From: a virus | Taxonomy: Duplodnaviria > Caudoviricetes | Virus record (IMG/VR): IMGVR_UViG_3300020172_001350 | Span: 1 to 27,939 of that record | Direction: 5' to 3' (one strand) | Length of the DNA stretch: 27,939 nucleotides | Translations under genes and position numbers: made by a program | Part shown: positions 24,497 to 27,939 of the stretch, piece by piece | How positions within the stretch are numbered: the first letter of the stretch is position 1 | How the letters are laid out: each line of letters opens with the position of its first letter | The notes under the pieces: model-generated | Databases searched by the model: none | Seen by the model: only the letters and a program-made list of their open reading frames with translations | Told to the model about the DNA's origin: nothing

Positions 24497-25116
24497 TAGG
24501 CACTCGCAATCTTCTGTTGGAAATATTCTACACCATTTGTCCGATATATGCTGTTTACATCCTCGCCCTCGGGCATGTTGACAATGGTCAGGTTAGGTAA
24601 CTCCTTAGCCAAAGACTTGCCAAAGTCAGCACCAGCGCTATCCCCATCAGCAAATAGAAATACTCTGTCGAAGTCCGAGAGAAGTCTGGTGTAATGCTTC
24701 TTCCAGTTGTTCACTCCAGGGACCCCCACCGCAGGTATCCCGCAAACTGTATCAAGTGTGATCGTGTCAATCTCACCTTCACAGATAGAAATGTATGAGG
24801 ACGCTTTGAAAAACGCACCCACGTTGTAGAGATGCGTCGTCGCCCCGCTGATCCCCATGTACTTTGGCTCTGAGTGGTCCATGGCCCTGAATCGAAGGTC
24901 AACCACCCCCGAACGTGTAAGATACGGAATCGCCAAGCGATTGACATAGGCTTCATGACCCGTGAGCGGCTCTAGCACGACGCCCAAGCGCATCTTCTGG
25001 GCCTGCTCCAGAGTTATACCCCGTTCTGCGAGGTAGTCCTCCGCTTCGTGTAATGCGCTGTGGTAGAACTTTGCCGCTCTGGTCAAAGATTCCCTTTGCA
25101 AGTGTGACTGCTTCAC
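24496..25116 (-). CDS. DNA primase, catalytic TOPRIM subunit
   Basis: ICEGEIDTIT and FADGDSAG TOPRIM motifs, RLAIPY; likely GTG start at 25116 with AAGGAG SD. Confidence 0.88.
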   Translation of the reverse strand: MKQSHLQRESLTRAAKFYHSALHEAEDYLAERGITLEQAQKMRLGVVLEPLTGHEAYVNRLAIPYLTRSGVVDLRFRAMDHSEPKYMGISGATTHLYNVGAFFKASSYISICEGEIDTITLDTVCGIPAVGVPGVNNWKKHYTRLLSDFDRVFLFADGDSAGADFGKSLAKELPNLTIVNMPEGEDVNSIYRTNGVEYFQQKIASA

Positions 25117-25333
25117 GAAAGTTAACTCCTTCTTTTTGCATAATGATAGCATACGCATCGCCTTTGTACTGGCAACCATGACACTTAAAGATGTTGTCCT
25201 TTAGGTTAACTGCAGCAGATGCATGTGAATCATCGTGGAAGGGACACTTTAGTTTAGCCCATCCACCACGGGTAGGAACCCGAGCACCGTAGTACTCGAG
25301 AATTGTTGTTATATCTGGCTTCTCAGAGTTCAT
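24953..25333 (-). CDS. DNA primase, CHC2 zinc-finger subunit
   Basis: CPFHDD...FKCHGC..KGD motif. Confidence 0.88.
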   Translation of the reverse strand: MNSEKPDITTILEYYGARVPTRGGWAKLKCPFHDDSHASAAVNLKDNIFKCHGCQYKGDAYAIIMQKEGVNFREAVTLAKGIFDQSGKVLPQRITRSGGLPRRTGYNSGAGPEDALGRRARAAHGS

Positions 25334-25466
25334 CTTCCGTGAAAGCCCTCACTGTAATTTTTCCGTCTTTAATGGAAACCTTATTCAGCAATACTGCTTT
25401 AGCAAGTATATCAATCCAGCCAAGTTCGTTCCAACCTGTAGATTCATTGAGTTGATCTATGTTCAT
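25323..25466 (-). CDS. Hypothetical protein (47 aa, start MNIDQL)
   Basis: ATGA overlap with the resolvase stop; fills the gap to the primase Zn finger gene. Confidence 0.6.
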   Translation of the reverse strand: MNIDQLNESTGWNELGWIDILAKAVLLNKVSIKDGKITVRAFTEDEL

Positions 25467-25804
25467 TTGTCCATCGCCTTCTTTAGTAAATCTAAATACA
25501 CTGACCCAGGCATTGTAGCATACCAATCGGCAGGAGATGATTTACCTTTGCGCTTGTGCCATACGACACCAGTCCATGCCTTAGCATGAATCATCTCAAC
25601 TCGTAACTCTTCTAGCCAACCAGAGAGAGCCATCTTTGCATGGTCTTTAACTTCAATGCACACACCATTAACACCAGCGATATCGCCCTTATCTTCTTGC
25701 GCCCCTGCTAAACGCCTTTCAGCGTATGGGAATCCGTTCTCAATCAGATAAGCAACGATATCTCTTTCGGCCTTAGATCCCTTGGCCTTTGCTGGGTTGC
25801 TCAT
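25463..25804 (-). CDS. Holliday junction resolvase (Hjc-like PD-(D/E)XK)
   Basis: KAKGSKAER...GDI...IEVK pattern. Confidence 0.82.
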   Translation of the reverse strand: MSNPAKAKGSKAERDIVAYLIENGFPYAERRLAGAQEDKGDIAGVNGVCIEVKDHAKMALSGWLEELRVEMIHAKAWTGVVWHKRKGKSSPADWYATMPGSVYLDLLKKAMDK

Positions 25805-26235
25805 TAGTACCAGCCATGTTTCTTGTGGAACTTCAACGCCTTGGTAGGCGTGCCATAGCGGTGCTTAATATATTTCAATCCAAGATCAATCTGCTTCACT
25901 AATGGAGTCTTGGGATCCATCTTGAGCAGTTGAGGTATGCCATAGGCAGTGGAGCGAGGATTGTCTGCTGTGTAATCCCAGCGTGACTCGATGTACCATA
26001 GTTCATCTAAAGCCCTCCACTCCTTAATGCTATTGAACTGTGCCATGACCTTAATCTTGCCAACTTCTTTTGCGATCAACTTCATTTCTCTCATCGCTGG
26101 ATTCGCACAACGATAAACAATCTCTTCTTCAATCTGAATAATCTTCTTTTGCAAAGTAAGAGCACCCACAGTATGGGGCAGTGTACCCACAAAGACCACA
26201 AAAATCATCAAGAGTACGTATGTTTTTAGTTTCAT
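25804..26235 (-). CDS. Secreted or membrane-anchored lytic transglycosylase (SLT/lysozyme-like, actinobacterial type)
   Basis: Hydrophobic N-terminus; catalytic ES motif (IESRW), AYGIPQ, QIDLGLKYIKHRYG and C-terminal GWY. Confidence 0.85.
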   Translation of the reverse strand: MKLKTYVLLMIFVVFVGTLPHTVGALTLQKKIIQIEEEIVYRCANPAMREMKLIAKEVGKIKVMAQFNSIKEWRALDELWYIESRWDYTADNPRSTAYGIPQLLKMDPKTPLVKQIDLGLKYIKHRYGTPTKALKFHKKHGWY

Positions 26236-26237
26236 TT

Positions 26238-26438
26238 TTACTCCTCTGTTGGGGCGGTTGCCTGTGTTCCACAGTCAGCGCACTCCATATCTAGAAAGTA
26301 CATTCCTATCGTACCATCTGCTTCAAATGTTACTTTAAGATTCCAAACGAAACACCCACATACGCATACAGTGGTGGGTTCACCTCTGATATCCATAGCC
26401 CTTGAGTAGTCAGGTTTCAAATCATTGATGTGCTTCAT
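26238..26438 (-). CDS. Small Zn-ribbon protein (CVCG...CADCG)
   Basis: 66-aa ORF coupled to the helicase stop. Confidence 0.75.
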   Translation of the reverse strand: MKHINDLKPDYSRAMDIRGEPTTVCVCGCFVWNLKVTFEADGTIGMYFLDMECADCGTQATAPTEE

Positions 26439-27226
26439 TGTACCCGTTCAGGTATGTCTGAGACACCCATAAATTCGGGATTGAACTGCAACCAAAAAGC
26501 CGTATCCCCAGTTGGATCTGCCTTACCATAGCGGTTCTTAACGGGTGCTACCGCGAGGTAGCCTGGTGCGTTAGTTCCCACTGTACAGATAAGTGCAGGC
26601 AACTGTGCCACCATGCCCTGCAAAGCAGAGCGAGGTTGGCATGGGTTCCCCGTATACGACTCTTTGGTATGATGCAGTATCAATACCGCAGCGTTGGTAT
26701 CTCTTGCAAGATACTTCAACTCTTTGATTGTAGAACGCATGTTCGCAAACTCTTCTCCCCCATCATTGGAGATATCCATAAGGTTATCAACAACTATGAG
26801 AGTCGGCGAACAGCCCCATAATTCCTCGAATGCTTCTACCTCTTGATCGAGATCTGCCAGCGTTGGTGCTGACTCAAATGACCAGAAGATGTGCCCCGAG
26901 GAATCATTAATTGTTTTACGACTACCATCAATATCTTCGTTGAGCATGTGCTCAGCATCAGACTGGGACTTGCTAGTAATCATAGATAGCAGACGCATAG
27001 CCATTGTGTGAGCGTTTGTGTCGGCTGATACATACAAGGTAGGAACTTTAGCCCGTAGCGCAATAGCCAAGGCCAAGGTCGACTTACCAGCACCAGGAGT
27101 GCCAGCAATCATCGAGACTTCGGATCGGCGAATAACTACTTTGTTGGCATCGAACGTGCGGAACACTGATGGTAATGGTTCACCACCGATGTCCTTTCCA
27201 CCAACTGCACGGGCTAGGGTTCTCAT
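26435..27226 (-). CDS. DnaB/RecA-fold ATPase (helicase C-terminal domain only)
   Basis: Walker A GTPGAGKST, Walker B LIVVDNL, LHH and KNRYG arginine finger. Confidence 0.88.
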   Translation of the reverse strand: MRTLARAVGGKDIGGEPLPSVFRTFDANKVVIRRSEVSMIAGTPGAGKSTLALAIALRAKVPTLYVSADTNAHTMAMRLLSMITSKSQSDAEHMLNEDIDGSRKTINDSSGHIFWSFESAPTLADLDQEVEAFEELWGCSPTLIVVDNLMDISNDGGEEFANMRSTIKELKYLARDTNAAVLILHHTKESYTGNPCQPRSALQGMVAQLPALICTVGTNAPGYLAVAPVKNRYGKADPTGDTAFWLQFNPEFMGVSDIPERVQ

Positions 27227-27229
27227 AAC

Positions 27230-27652
27230 TTAGAATGCACTCCATTCAGAATCGTGTCGGCGTACCCATACTGGTTCGCACTGATCTGGTGTTCCCTTAG
27301 GTGAAGGACACATGTATGCCTTCCATGGACCCTTTGCACCTGCACCTGTTCGCTTGGTCATTACACCATGTGAGCAGGTCTTAGATGATGGTCCAAGGTT
27401 ACCAGCATTTGTTGGGTGTGCAGTATGAACTGCCTCAGCGCCTGGAAAGGCTGCTGCGATGTTCTGAACTGCTTGAACACCATTGTTAGGTGCTCCTGAT
27501 AGAGACTGCGCCATAATCTTGAGTACATCTTGTGACTCTTCGATACCGACAGCACTCTCTAGTGCTTCACAGAAACCAACGTAGGTCTCTGATGCTACCA
27601 CGAAGATACGTCCATCGGGTAGTTTACTGCTGACTTGGAAGTTACCAGTCAT
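27230..27652 (-). CDS. Hypothetical protein with C-terminal CxHG...C...C domain, as seen in actinophage replication modules
   Basis: CSHGVM...WKAYMCP...QCEPVW; GAAAAGGAG SD. Confidence 0.7.
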   Translation of the reverse strand: MTGNFQVSSKLPDGRIFVVASETYVGFCEALESAVGIEESQDVLKIMAQSLSGAPNNGVQAVQNIAAAFPGAEAVHTAHPTNAGNLGPSSKTCSHGVMTKRTGAGAKGPWKAYMCPSPKGTPDQCEPVWVRRHDSEWSAF

Positions 27653-27939
27653 TTGTTATCTCCTTTTCTTGTTGAGTGAAGAAACTTGCATGAGGATATC
27701 ACACCACATCTGCCACAGTTTGAGAAGTTGGGCAGGAAGATCGTATTCTTTCTAGCGATATCAAAGGTGTTGAGTATGTCCTCGACACGCTCTGCGTGTA
27801 AAAATTCTAGGTTCCATTGTGAGACTGTACCAGTACGTGCATCCCAGAAACCTGCCCTATCGACAGTAATCCCATGCTTACCCAATGCCCATGCATACAC
27901 TGCAAGTTGCAAAGGATGCTTCTGGGATGACGCACCAGT
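27649..27939 (-). CDS. PD-(D/E)XK (RecB/Cas4-like) exonuclease, C-terminal part; start lies outside the window
   Basis: Frame open to the right edge: TG...LQLAVYAWAL (QxxxY motif) and C-terminal CGRC.....C cluster. Confidence 0.78.
   Translation of the reverse strand, partial: TGASSQKHPLQLAVYAWALGKHGITVDRAGFWDARTGTVSQWNLEFLHAERVEDILNTFDIARKNTIFLPNFSNCGRCGVISSCKFLHSTRKGDNK

Noticed and set aside
27649-27939. Cas4 of a CRISPR system
   Set aside because: No cas operon or array; stand-alone Cas4/RecB-like nucleases are routine in phage replication modules.
1-27939. tRNA/rRNA genes, integrase, transposase
   Set aside because: No cloverleaf, rRNA-like sequence or recombinase/transposase motifs were recognised; a tRNAscan/cmscan run would be needed to be certain.

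Overview
This window is a segment of a tailed dsDNA phage genome, podovirus-like in gene content. WhiB, an actinobacterial-type transglycosylase, a mycobacteriophage-like replication gene set and moderate GC point to an actinobacterial host, plausibly a low-GC freshwater lineage (inference). It has three blocks. (1) Minus-strand morphogenesis module, 1-16197: terminase large subunit with an N-terminal HTH-like extension, portal, two small proteins, three large probable internal virion (ejection) proteins, scaffold, major capsid protein and a run of small Lys-rich proteins. (2) A non-coding control region at about 16200-17015 with dense hairpins, a sharp AT-to-GC step, CGAGGG repeats and a perfect actinobacterial LexA box. 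It is followed by a plus-strand, probably early, module (17016-21646) encoding a Zn-ribbon amidoligase, a class II glutamine amidotransferase, WhiB and several micro-proteins. (3) Minus-strand replication/nucleotide module, 21646-27939: PD-(D/E)XK nuclease, helicase, transglycosylase, resolvase, split primase, Nmad1-like protein, HNH protein, metallophosphoesterase and sigma factor. The most striking unexplained signal is a 17-bp palindrome, TGCAGGATWATCCTGCA, present six times, only in the plus-strand module and mostly at gene boundaries. A pseudoknotted leader upstream of the scaffold gene is also notable. All protein calls come from motif recognition by eye; no database searches were run.
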